A DNA stretch of 38,106 nt from Paraglomus brasilianum (GCA_910592345.1 CAJVPI010000264.1:1-38106); one strand, 5' to 3'; positions 23,789 through 36,099 are shown, counted from the stretch's first letter. Numbers and translations are program-made. Notes: generated by a model not told the origin, from the sequence alone.

Positions 23789-24392
23789 ATGGCAGCCTCC
23801 TTCAATACTAGATTCAAGAATTTGTTGAATCACCCTGCAGGTAAGATAATGAATATACATAATTCCACAGAGAATTGGTATTTAGCAGCTATCTGTTGCC
23901 CCAAATAGGTCCAAAGACTGTGTTCTTCTGGGCTCCGATGATAAAATGGGTAAGTTCGTTGCAAGTGTTCCCGTTGAGCGAAGCACCTCCTAATTCTTCA
24001 TTAATATATAGAGTCTAGTGATAGCTGGACTTAGTGATTTAAAGAGACCGGCCGATAAATTGTCGGTTCCCCAAAATGTTGGTATGTAGAATAGTTTATT
24101 ATAAGATTAATAACTGGTATTTTCAATACATTCACTGATAATTGCATAATGAATAGCCTTGACCGCTACTGGCATAATATGGTCGAGGTACTCAACACAG
24201 ATTATTCCTCCCAATCCAACACTGCTGTCGGTTAACTTGTTTGTGGCAGCGACAGGAATTACACAATTATATAGGATATGGAAGTATGTATACGGACCGT
24301 TGTCATTAAATATAATGTATCAATTCAGTTAATTAACAGAAAACTTCTATCGCAACAGCTATCGTAGGACAACGCTTACCGCATCAACATGA
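23789..24392 (+). CDS. MPC2: Mitochondrial pyruvate carrier 2; 5 exons (23789-23840, 23909-23949, 24012-24081, 24157-24283, 24359-24392)
   Basis: Spliced product MAASFNTRFKNLLNHPAGPKTVFFWAPMIKWSLVIAGLSDLKRPADKLSVPQNVALTATGIIWSRYSTQIIPPNPTLLSVNLFVAATGITQLYRIWNYRRTTLTAST*. Absent from the ORF track. Confidence 0.95.
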
Positions 24393-24463
24393 AATAATTA
24401 ATAGAAAATTTCCTACAATTATAATACTCCTTTCCAGTAATATGATTATAGCCATAGTATTGA

Positions 24464-25573
24464 CTAAGAAGACTTCCCAAACTTCCAATCGAAAAACCTG
24501 GCTGGTGGTTTAGCTGTCACCATTGGTTTCTGATTAGTATCCCGATTCTCCAGCTGTTTCTCAGAGTTAACAATTCTTTCGAGCACTTGCTCAAAAGTCA
24601 TTGAATTATCCAGGCCAGATATGAATCTTCTGGAAAATCCATGTTGCCACATGCATCTTCGCGTTATTCCTCTTGCTTCCAATTCTTTCGCTAATTTCTC
24701 GCTCTTTGTAAAATCACCCTTTGTGTCTTTCAAACGCTGTAAGAGATCGGTTGTCTCCTGGTCAAGCTTTGAGTGATCGGATGTAACCCATTGAAGGACC
24801 GCAGAAGCGTAATGATTATAGTCCGATATTCCTGCTTCAGCTGTTAACTCGCTCAATAGAATGTATCTTTCAGGATAAATTTGGAATCTAGGAATCGCAG
24901 CGTTCTGATTGGATGTGCCAGAAACAATCCAGGAAGAACGGACTTTCATATACTCGATCTCTAATGCCACTGTTTTCTCGGGATTTACGCTTAACAGCTT
25001 TGCCTCTACTGGTCTCGTGTAGCACTTCAATATCATATCCTCATCGCCTAGATAAGTTATTGTCTCTTCTCCAGGTTTCTCATAAATCTGGTATTCCTTC
25101 ATTGATGAATCAACGTAGCGTTCAACTAAGAGAGCGAGCGCATAATTACTCAGATGTTGAGCAATCTCAGAGCCAGGCTCGACGCTTTCAGCCGATCGCC
25201 CTGGCTCATTTCTACGAATTTTTTGTGTTAAAGATTCTAGTTCTTGATCCCACTCTTGAAATAGAATCTTAAGCTGTCTTAAATACTTTGGAACGCATGA
25301 AATTGATTGTGACTTTATAGTTGGTTTGAAAGTGAAAACACCAGATGGTGGGTCATAGGCTACGCATGTAAGGGCGATGGAATCTGCTGGCGTTGCATTC
25401 GCACCAGGTTTGACAATTATTTGAGATTGCCATTCAAGAAGATGAAGCATTAGTGCATGTTCAAAAACAGAATACCATTCCCGGTTGACTCGTCGTAAAG
25501 CATATATGTTTCTAACTGGGAGATGAGAGAGTATTATCTGAACGACATCACTGCTTATCACTGGGGGTGTCAT
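24464..25573 (-). CDS. F-box domain protein, intronless; probable start 25573 (in-frame upstream ATG at 25678)
   Basis: N-terminal F-box-like ISSDVVQIILSHLPVRNIYALRRVNREWYSVFE in a long open frame. C-terminal part not recognised. Confidence 0.75.
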   Translation of the reverse strand: MTPPVISSDVVQIILSHLPVRNIYALRRVNREWYSVFEHALMLHLLEWQSQIIVKPGANATPADSIALTCVAYDPPSGVFTFKPTIKSQSISCVPKYLRQLKILFQEWDQELESLTQKIRRNEPGRSAESVEPGSEIAQHLSNYALALLVERYVDSSMKEYQIYEKPGEETITYLGDEDMILKCYTRPVEAKLLSVNPEKTVALEIEYMKVRSSWIVSGTSNQNAAIPRFQIYPERYILLSELTAEAGISDYNHYASAVLQWVTSDHSKLDQETTDLLQRLKDTKGDFTKSEKLAKELEARGITRRCMWQHGFSRRFISGLDNSMTFEQVLERIVNSEKQLENRDTNQKPMVTAKPPARFFDWKFGKSS

Positions 25574-26254
25574 GTTTGGCAGTCGAGAGAATAAGAAGAT
25601 ATTTGGCCAAATCTGTCGGGCTGAGCATTTATTGAATATGCGCAGTTCTGTTAAATGTACAGCAGCTTTGTGTATCATTGCATTGTTGGTCTACGTGGAC
25701 GTGAGGCATAGGTTGCAAAATAAATTTCAGGGTAACAGTTTATTGGAGACCTACGAAGAGATAATGGCTGCCCACGCTCAAACAGTTTAGTTGTGAATTA
25801 ACGGTTACTAATTTCTTGCACACTATCTATTCACTGTATAAGATGCATATTATATTAAGTATATGTCCATCTGTCTACGTTTGGATCCAAAGAATCGCGC
25901 AGCAGAATTATGGATATGTCATGGCGACTATGTAACTTGCACACTATTCGTGATGAAGAAAGTGTAGTTCCCATATAATTAGGAATCGGATAGCAACAAG
26001 CTATGGAATTATTTGTAGATGCCAACATCGCATTTAGTCATGCGGTGTATTTAAAGCATTTATAACCACAAAAACCTTCCCATTCATCAAAAACGCAGCG
26101 TTTATCTTGAGATAAGCATACTTCCCAGAGTCCGTTTAAGATTTGTGGATGTTCAAATGACAACATGTGCTATTATTAGTGTAATCATGTGTTGATCTGC
26201 AAGTCACAATTAAAAATGTCCAGGGTAAAATTAAATTATATGTAGTATGCCCAT

Positions 26255-26582
26255 ATGAGTGTTCCTCGAAAGAGACGGACTGTGAAAATCTTTGCTAAGA
26301 GCTTGACAGAATGCTCGGCTCAGGTGATAACAAATCGCGAGTCATGGTAACCGTGGAGTCATTCAAACATCTCTAAATAACGATACTCGTTAAAGGCAAC
26401 GGCATATGCAAAATGTATAACTGGTCAAGTTGATAGAATTAGCAAGAACGTATGTTCAACCGAGTTTCGTGCCTTTAAAGAATGTGTGCAGAAAATTGTA
26501 AGTCTTATGTTGATGCTATTTCAACCCAAGACAGATTATAGCTAAGCGAATGACTTCTTTACAGGTTGGCAAATCATGGTAG
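26255..26582 (+). CDS. Twin-CX9C mitochondrial protein, NDUFAF8-like; 3 exons (26255-26323, 26396-26497, 26565-26582), 62 aa
   Basis: Spliced product MSVPRKRRTVKIFAKSLTECSAQATAYAKCITGQVDRISKNVCSTEFRAFKECVQKIVGKSW* with two exact CX9C motifs and GT-AG introns. Confidence 0.85.
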
Positions 26583-26731
26583 TCGAAATATAATTGGGCA
26601 TCCCCCTTTCAAATGCGACGATAAGTAGTTACTTGTCACTTTATTATAATAAAATAAGCAGCACTCATCCTAGCACTCAAAGTAACCTTCTTTATGGGAA
26701 CACTTTTTTAATGTCCCCAAAAGAGGAATAG

Positions 26732-28875
26732 TCAGCGTACAGGAATTCTCTTAAGTGCGTGTACGAGCCACAAAGCACTCGTTAACAAAGTCAGACTCCC
26801 CGCCTGATGAGCCGATGCAAGCTCGATTGGCACCATATATATCAAAGTACTTATGCCAAGAGTTGCTTGCAACCCTACTACCCCAAGTAATACATTCACA
26901 GCGCGGCGCGCTTGTATTGGTAGATTCAATCTTCTTGAATATAACCATAAAGCAGAAATTACGCCCGTTGTAGTCATTGCCTGCATGCAATCGATAATGT
27001 GAATAAGTAATTGAAGAAATATAATGATGAGCACATTCTTCACATACCAGCACGCGGTGATCAAATTGAACGGTTGTCGGATTGTCAAAGAAGTTTCTCC
27101 ATGGAAGACTTTCGCCCTTGCGAATGTATTCCGGCGAGAGGAGCTCATCGCGTGGAGGCATTATGTTCTTTCCCATGTATGGGAATTCATTGTATATTAA
27201 TCCTGCGTCTAATCCAGCCACAAGAGCGCCTGGATGCAGGTTCGTATAAGGTTTATAGTCGGGGAACGCAAACCATTCGATTACAAAGATTTAATGTTCA
27301 CTCACCCGACATCGATGTTACGAAAACCAATATCGCCGTAGCAATAGCAAACCGTCGAAATGCGTTTAAATTCGAATTCATAAGAGTCTTGGAAACTGAC
27401 TGAATAATAAGAACATATTAAACACATATCAAATGGAATCAATATCGTGCATACAGCCCTCGTACGCGTGCATTTTATCTATCTAAATGCATAGTGAATA
27501 ATAAGGTCTGGATGCACTTAGGGGAGTGTTTCGTATTTACTAATCGTAAACAATAAATCAGGCAGACGACTAACCAGATCATATGTGCCATTAGTAACCT
27601 TTGCATCTCGTAAAACCTGCAATCCAGTCAAAAGCATTCCCCCGTACAATAAGAAAGCACTACCCAAATGTGCAGCCAATCTATAATGACTCACACGCGG
27701 AACTGCGCCCGGAGTCGACAGTAGATCCTCAGATAAACCGGACTTCACCATGTACCAACCTAGAGCTCCCTTTATAATTGTGATTCGAGAGAAAATAGTA
27801 ATAGTTAAATTAAAATTTCAAAATGTAAATTTGAATTTGAAATCAATAGAAGCTATTTAAAATGAATATATTACTTATGTTGATATGCTATATATTTCAC
27901 TGTAAAAGTGACCTGACCCACTACTCATACTACTAACTCATTATAAAAAATGGCCTACAATTTGCAATAGGACTAGATATAATTTCGGGCTTCAACAGAT
28001 TGTAATTTGAATTAATTCATAGGTGAAAAGTCACATGACTTGGACACAAAAGAGTGCTTTTTATACCTGGAATCCTAAAAGTCCAGCCAATCCTACGACT
28101 TTTTTCATAACAGTCCGAGACATATAACCTCGAGCACCAAAATACACAGCGGGTATAAGAAATGCTACCCCAATTACTCTTCCCCATATACGATGTGCCC
28201 ATTCCATAAGATAAATGTACTTGAAATCTGATAGATCCATCTCATAGTTAAGTCTTAAATTTATCTTGTTAGAATATGCTTATATCCTTTAAAAAAAGGG
28301 ACCAACAAAAAAAAAACATACAATTTGTATTCTGGAAACTGTTTATACTTCTCAAATTCCTCCTGCCATTGAGCTTCACTTAGAGGAAGCATAACGCCAG
28401 TCACAGGCTTCCACTCTACAATTGATAAGCCACTTTCAGTAAGTCTGGTCAATCCACCAAGTATTACTATTCCAAAAACTAATGCTGCTGTACTGAGAAG
28501 CCAGTACCCTACTATTGGTTTTGTGGGAACTGTAAGTGCTCGAGTAGTTGATAAGGGAGAGGGAGACTTTAAAGATATGGCTGACACATTATATTTATTG
28601 GAAAAGAAAAATGAAGGTTTAGAAGACAAGTAAAACCTTCGCGATAACAATTGAGATAGGGAAGAAGTTGATTGCCATGGTGAAGGCGCGTTTTTGGGTA
28701 GAATAGTGCTTGAAAGTGCTTTCAAATTAATTTGCGCGACCGAAGACGCCTTTTTACTGATAGCTAAATTTAAATTATTGTTTATAGAACGAGTCAATAG
28801 CCGCGCAGGCCTCACAATGTTAATTGGAATGTGTGTTTGTCTTCGAACGAGCGTATGAATAATTGATCCCAGCAT
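26732..28875 (-). CDS. COX15: Heme A synthase; 6 exons (28875-28322, 28253-28067, 27769-27575, 27399-27306, 27229-27048, 26980-26732)
   Basis: [84 protein letters not shown]. Long Ser/Arg-rich presequence. Confidence 0.97.
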
Positions 28876-29034
28876 GTCATCGGAAAAAAGTAAATATATC
28901 GAAAATTTTGAAAATTTGGCTTCAAATCTTTTCTGTGAACGTGACATTGAATCATCCGATAATCTGACACGTGATTTGTATGACATATAAATTTAACTTT
29001 TCGCATACTAATACATTCTCGACCCAAATCAACA
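28876..29034. promoter_or_regulatory. 159-bp bidirectional promoter between COX15 and COQ9 with E-box-like motifs
   Basis: Head-to-head ATGs at 28875 (-) and 29035 (+). AACGTGAC at 28938 and CACGTGA at 28968. Confidence 0.55.
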
Positions 29035-30841
29035 ATGAATCACCATCGTTTGTTAAGCACATCATGCTCTCTATCAAAAAGTGTTACCACAAAATTGATT
29101 AAACCTTTTTTTGTTCGCGAGACTCGGCGCCAGTTTAAGCCATCATTCACGATTTCCCAATTGCAGAATATCCGCTCACTCACGTCTACGCCCAATTCGA
29201 CAGAGTCGGATACTTCCACAGCGTTACAGTTAAAAAAAGTTTCATTCTGTGCCTGGCAGTTGTTTACTTTTCTCTCTCTCCCACATCCATAGTCCAACTC
29301 GCCAATACGGATTTCTTTTCCATAGCTCAGACTCTTCATCTCCACATTTTTCATCGCAACTGAAATCAACACCCATACCGACACCGCCGACACCGCCGAC
29401 ACCAGTTCCTGCACGCATTCTTCAACGAGCACTTTCTTTTGTTCCAGTATATGGATGGACAGTAGAAACACTATCTAAAGCTGCAGTGGCTGAGGGATAC
29501 CTGTCCGTGACCCATGGACTGTTTTCGCGTGGCGGGGTAGACTTGATTGATTATTTCCTGGAAGATTGTCGGAGAAAGATGATAGATGAATTGAGTGGGA
29601 AAATGGATGGGTGAGTAAAAGAGCAGAGTACTGACAGTCGAGGTAAAATGATATGAATGAATCTTATTCGCAACGATATATTGTCAGATTGAAGACTCAC
29701 GAGAAGGTCAAAATGGCTTGTGTTGTGCGGTTGAACATGATGAGGCCTTATATAAAGAAATGGCCTGAGGTACTAATGGTTATTGAATAATCATGTTTAC
29801 ATTAATGGTAATATTTTGACATTATGAATAATGTATTTTAGGCTCTTGCTATAATGGCTCACCCAAGCAATGTGTCAATGTCTGTTGGACACCTTGCTCA
29901 GCTTGTAGACGATATCTGGTACTTGGCTGGTGACAAGAGTGCGGATGTAGGTATCAAAAGTCTTGGCCATAGTGTTCTAGTTGAGATAGTAATTATTGGT
30001 AAACACCAATATAATCAAGGGTTTGTTCCGCTATCACCGGGGAGAAGAAACCTAAGGACAAAATTGATATAACACACAGAATAACCACCAGCTTGTGTCA
30101 ATTTCTGTAATTGATGATTGGCTTGCTTGTTCATTGAAACATGCTATCAAGAGCTGGCACAAGTATTGTAAGAGGCTATTTTATAAGGGCTTAATGTGTG
30201 TGGTCTTATGCATTGAACTGATTAAGATTTGACGATATCGAAAAGGCCTACTAAAGGTTTCCCTTCCCTTTTGAGGCCTCAAAAGAACTCAAGTCACAAA
30301 TCTATGCATCTACTCTACAAAAATCTTTCCAAACAACAATACACCCTGCAATACATTTTACTGAAACAATCAATTTGATTTACAATAATACAGATGAATT
30401 GGTATTCTAAGAGAACAGAATTGGCGTTAATATATTCCTCAACAGGTATGTTTTGATAATTTGAACAATAATCTCAGCTCTAGTCCTTATTGCTATAGCT
30501 TTCCCTAGTTTCAATATCCAAGTTGTATTTATATTATTGAACAGTTGTTCTAATGGAAATTTCCCAGAGTTGTACATGACACAGGACAAGTCCCCAAACT
30601 TTGAAGCCACATTCAAGTTCCTGGACAACAGACTAACTGATGTAATGAGGCTAGGGAAAGCAATCAGTGAAATTGGCACTTTCGTGGATTTTGCTACCAA
30701 ATCTGCTATTGGAATATTAGCATCGGTAAGCTCCATAGTACGCTAACGTCCATTATGGCTAACAATTTTTCTTGAGATATAATTAATGCATTCTCTGTCT
30801 TAATACAATAGAAAGGGTTGAAATTTCCAGGAAATAGATAA
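29035..30841 (+). CDS. COQ9: Ubiquinone biosynthesis protein COQ9; downstream exons ...-29610, 29688-29769, 29842-29946, 30394-30445, 30568-30725, 30812-30841; 5' junction near 29228-29292 ambiguous
   Basis: ILQRALSFVPVYGWT, HGLFSRGGVDLIDYF, WPEALAIMAHPSN, LVDDIWYLAGDKSADMNWYSKR, YSSTELYMTQDKSPNFEATFKFLDNRL. Confidence 0.95.
30014..30164 (+). ncRNA. Candidate intronic H/ACA snoRNA
   Basis: Lies in the long COQ9 intron (29947-30393). Hairpin atcaa...ttgat (30014-30068), ANANNA boxes (30069-30074 and 30078-30083), hairpin ccagct...agctgg (30088-30157), ACA at 30159-30161. No target identified. Confidence 0.3.
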
Positions 30842-31002
30842 TCCGATATAGCAGGAAAGCACCTATCAGTTTACGTAATTCCTATTCCATTGATGAACAA
30901 CCTTTTTAGAGTATCATTCTACACAATACATAAACTTATAGATGCAAATACTGCTCTATGAACTTATATATAAAACACATAATAATGTTATTCTATTCTC
31001 TT

Positions 31003-33696
31003 CTATTCCCTGCCAACGTATACTTCGAGTACACTCCTAAGATTAGTAATGAACCCTGTGTCATTATCCACAAGCTGTATGAGATCAATAACATGTAGAG
31101 ACTCACGGATTGCTATGAAGTGCAACTTAGTCGTCTCACATGTTGACGAGCTAAGTGGCCTAAAATGTGTCAAGACCACGTTGTTATTAAAAAAGGTTGT
31201 AAGGCTTAGATAAAAACGAATAATAATATAATTCAGGAATTACCCTATTCGCACGTTGTTTTCCAAGCATATGATGCCCGTCTCGTTTGTTCCGAAATCA
31301 GTGTGTCGCCTCAAAAATTCTATAAAGACACAAGTGAATGCAATGCTACTTTTGTCGACTAGCTAATAAGAACGATATAAGCATACACTAAACTTACCGG
31401 TCTCTTCCATATATGGTTCCAATTGATTATTCTGTGTCGTCGATTTGACCCCAACGGGAATTGGCGGAAGATTCTTTGCTCTTTATCAAAATACATAATA
31501 ATGTAATTTCTCTGTGAGTACGTAACTTGAATGTCTTTGCACGAAAAAATCCATACTTACGATTCACTGGGTCTTCTTCTGTTGGGCACTACGACAGTGA
31601 ACCGACGTACGTGTTTAGACCGATTAACAATAAATACAGTTATGGTAAAGACTTTACCAATAATAACTTTTGAATCCACTGCCATTGCAAGAATCCATAT
31701 AATTAGTAATGCTTATCATCAGCAAAAACGATTTCTCGTTAACCCACCTGAAAAAGATACAACCACACCATCAACATCATGTTCAACATGCCTCTTTGCC
31801 GGTGTCCTCCCACCATCGAGGACGCCGTTGCTCCCATAGTTAGCGATATCATTATCGGGAATCATTGGCAGCCCTCTCTTATTACGCCCATAAGCTGTAG
31901 CGTATTCCCCATACGAACTCTTGGTTGGTGTGGGAGTAACTGACCCCGTTCCCGGTCTGGAAATCGATGGTGTTTGATAGCCAGATGGCTTTTGATTGAT
32001 CATCGACATCGATAAACGAGATCCTACTATTCCTGGCAGATTGGGAGGAAGAGAATCCTCTTGTCGACGCAGGTTACTCAAATCTAACATACAATTCCAA
32101 CGTGACTCTACATTTTTAATAGACTGTCCGTCGACAATAGGAGAGCCACGGACGATAATTGATACATGTCGTTGTTTGTCTTCTGCGTTAGGCGCAGGGG
32201 GAGGTGTTGAAGTAACAGAAGAGCGACGGGAAGATGGATGATTGAGACTGGAAATAGGGTAGTATTGAGGATATGTTTTAGCGGATTCTTCTAGTATAGC
32301 AATACTATAGAGAAATGTTACTTGGTCAACGGGATGCAAAATTAATGGAAATATCTCCTGTAATGGAAATGGGATATGATCAAAAAGTCATTAACATTGA
32401 ATTAACAACACCAATTTTAAGAACTTTATTCAATGCACTACACTTTACCTTCTTGCCCCCCCAATCAAATTGTGCCACAATTGCACTCGAAAGTTCAATT
32501 CTCACTTCTTGCACATCAAAAGCAGTTCCTGCATCCGTATTGTTTTCTAATTCTACAGACATCATAAGTACATTGTCCAACGGTGACACGCTGGTAGTCC
32601 GCATTCGCACATTGAGGGCAGACTTCACCGGTAAAATCTTCCTAAAACTACGTCTCAAGGGTTGTGGAGTCATTGGACCCGGCGTGTTAGGATATATACT
32701 CTGCCGTCTTGATTCTACTGTTCCATAAATGCGTGAAGCAGGCAGTGGAAGATATTTTGAAGCCTCACTCAGTGACGGATCTGCACAGTGGTTAGCATTG
32801 TAAGAGAAATATATTTAACCGATTTTGCAAAGGAACACAAATCACTGACTATAACACGCACCGTCGGACAGACCAGCAAGCAAATTGATCATATTAAAGT
32901 TATCGTCGTCGTATTCTCCTTTGTAATCTGAGTTGGTAGGTTTTTCGGGCAGCACTCTCTGAGAAACTATAGTGGCAAGGGCTAGTGCTGGCATCTGTGC
33001 GCGTGTTTTCACGTATGCTACGTGAGTCATTTAAATAATTAGCAAATCATAATTCACCAGTGTAACCCAATATACAATCCCTTCTCTAACTCTTACCAAC
33101 GGGTACAGACAATGGCACAATACAACACCATGCATCATTTCTAATAAATACTATCATATCTTTATCCTTGGTTTTTGGATTGTACACTGATTGAAAAATC
33201 ACCGTCCCATCAACCTTTGGTTGCTTCTTTTCTGCCGTCCCTGGCAAAGGTGAGCTCGGCCTTGAGGGTGACGTTGCTGCCGAGTTCGATCGTGATCGTC
33301 CAGGTGGAAGACGATACACGGGTAGTGGAGCTGGTTGTGGTTGAGTAACCACAGTGGAGTCGACTAAACCCGCCTCAACAACTATTTCCAATTGGTGGAA
33401 AAATGCCTTTGCTGCAGCTACATCGGAGATACCAGAGTCGGAAGGGAGACGAAGGATTAAGTAGAAATCAATGTGTTCGTCTTTTCTTGTAAGAAGTAGG
33501 TTGAAGGTTAGAACTGGGATGGAAAAAGAGAACATCAGGACACACAAACATGTGTACCATAAAATGCCAAGGTTCGAGGTTTAGCGGTTAGAATCTTCTC
33601 CGCTTCTTCTTCAGTAAACTGCAGGACACCATTTGGTATTATGATATCAAGCGTTGTTTCTGTGAATAAAGTCTCAGGCGACTTCATTTCGGTCAT
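31003..33696 (-). CDS. TRS65: TRAPP II subunit Trs65-like; 9 exons (33696-33558, 33480-33097, 33017-32862, 32780-32449, 32357-31748, 31678-31561, 31480-31398, 31319-31244, 31159-31003)
   Basis: All junctions are GT-AG and in frame. INLLAGLSDDP, ILPVKSALNVRMR, FPLILHPVDQVTFLY, VFTITVFIVNRS, GIICLENNVRIGPL...LHVIDLIQLVD match the Trs65 C-terminal domain as recalled. Confidence 0.82.
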
Positions 33697-34060
33697 TCAC
33701 ACTGAAAAGATAAAATGGAAGAATAAGAATGGTTGTTTCGTGTGGAGCACAAGATTTTCAAGGGAAATCATTACTAAAAATGCCAATGATTTTCTAAAGT
33801 AGATTTTTTTTCCGGCTTCATAACATCGCGTACACCAATTATGATCATAATGGACATGTCAGTAGCATACGTTGCTAACAATAGAACATTGGTATTTTCC
33901 GAAAGATATATAAGCAGCAGTGTGTGTGTGTTCAATTACTTTATATTGTAAATAAACTGAAATATATTATTAATTATGAGGTATATGTATACTAATACAG
34001 TTATTTTACTATTGAACTTTACGAAACAGGAAAACAGCAATATTTGTTGAAAGGTTAAAC

Positions 34061-35330
34061 TTACGAAACTTGATGACAGCAGGAAAATTTAACAAGCGGT
34101 AATTCATAGTGGTAATTCACTCTAAATATTCTATTAATTACCTGTAACCATTGGCTGTGGGCAAGTAATACAGTATATTTAAATTTATCTCTAGCAAATG
34201 GGCGAATATTATGGTAAAGATATTCTTGCCTTTTGTAATCCAAAGGAGGAGGCATTAGATAAAGATTTAATTTCTTTGGTAATTTTAGAAACACTTGCTT
34301 TTCTAATTTTTAACAGATTAAATTCTGTATGAGCACCATTAACAACCATCTGAGCTGACAGTCCCAAGATTAGCTGCTTCAAATGGAAAATGCTGGTATT
34401 TTTGCAAACCATTTAATTTTTTAAAGGAAATCCCCAACACAGAATTAAGATTAAGTACTGAAAACCTTTTCCATTGTCATAACGCTGAGCTTTATTTAAT
34501 CCAGCTGTACTTGATTTTTTCACGACTTCAACAATATGATCCACACAATCTACTGTTGTTTTTCTATAGTCTTTTAGTCAATCCAAAACTGCCATCACAC
34601 TTGAATTTAGTATGTCCAGGTATCTTAAAATTTAATTCGGTACTTTCATAATAGCCGCAAATTATTAAATATAGATAAAATCAAATGGTGGCATTATTTT
34701 TATTATGTTCTCCCGCATTATCACAAGTAATCTTCACCTTTATTCAATCTCTTAATTCCATCAAATACCATGCTCAGTGTGCCATTTGGACCTTTTCATA
34801 TTATTTCGTCCCCATCGAGAACGTAATTAATTTGCTCGCGAACTGCCTCATCTTGAATACCAAATAAATGCGCTTTACGCGGACTGAGATAATAAATCTT
34901 CCTCACCTGTTGATCGGAATGGGGCACGTGAACATTTTGCATAATTGTAATGTCAACGATACAATAATCAGCGTCATTAAATGCTCATTTACTAATTTTC
35001 TCTGTCGTTCTGCTAATTTCGTAAGATTCAATTTTCCATCATATCAGCAACGGCATCTGCCTCTTGTTCCCTGACAACATTTGAGATATCGGCTTGCAGT
35101 TTGCCGTTCTACTGGTAAAGCCCAACATGTCAGTGATATCCGAATCGCCTCATTCTCTATCTGCACTCGCATATTTTCATTCTTCAATTTTAATTCCCTC
35201 CTTTCACACGTTTGTATTAGCCCCTCCATTTCTCTCTCCATCCTCGCAACATATCTGTTCTTCCAGGGCTGCCAAGCTAGACATGACTAACTCTTTAATA
35301 TCCTCAACTATCGTATTTTCATACGATAGA
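34061..35330 (-). mobile_element. Decayed DNA transposase, Sola1/DUF7869-like
   Basis: Minus-strand fragments broken by stops and frameshifts: QNVHVPHSDQQVRKIYYLSPRKAHLFGI, KGPNGTLSMV, ITCDNAGEHNKNNAT, IPGHTKFKCDGSFG, PPPLDYKRQEYLYHNIRPF. Boundaries are approximate and no TIRs were identified. Confidence 0.75.
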
Positions 35331-36099
35331 TAAGGACAGCTATCTGCCTTTTGGCGTGCTCCTTTGCCGACGAATTAAGTCCAGAAACAAAAAAAAAAAA
35401 GCATGCTGAAAATTATCAAGCCACTCAACAAGCCTGGGCCAAAAAAAAAAAAAAAAAAAACGGCGGTCAGGAGTTGACGACTGATGTCCCCCCCTCGGGA
35501 AACCGGGAGCCACCACAATAGCGAAATGGTATTTAGATATCCTTCTCTCGAACTCGGTTCCAACAGCTACCGTGTTCATTGTTAAATCTAAAAGAAATAA
35601 CTAATTTAATAATTGCTTTCAAAAATTTTCTGTAAATATTAAAGCTCCCTCCTTCAAAAAAGAGAGAGTAAGAAATTAGATAGATTCATTTAGTTATTAT
35701 TATAAAGTAGACAATGGATTAATTAAAACAATAAGGTATATACTCGGCTTTTTTATGTACAATTTTGTCAATTAATTCTCACGAATATAGCTTTCGATTT
35801 ATACCGAGTTTCTATTTTTTGTTCAACCAAAAACGTAGATGATAGATTGATAACGATTAGAAGTTACACAGCTTGTATCGATCTCATGATTGCGTAATCG
35901 GTATAAGCCACAGAAACTTGAATTGATAACAGATTAACCGATCATAATCATGATCCAACGAAGCAAGAAGTTAATGTTGTTGAAGAACGTTTGAAGATAT
36001 AACGTAATTAGAATCGATATTGGTAATATGGATCTATTAGTAAATAAATTTCATCATACTCATTCATATTATTATTATTATTATTATGTCGTTAATATT

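Noticed and set aside
28282..28291. ATATCCTTT resembling a U12 5' splice site
   Set aside because: It is on the + strand inside a minus-strand GT-AG COX15 intron.
35480..35510. Hammerhead-like ctgatg...gaaac
   Set aside because: The core reads CUGAUGU rather than CUGANGA, and there is no stem III or GUH cleavage triplet after GAAAC.
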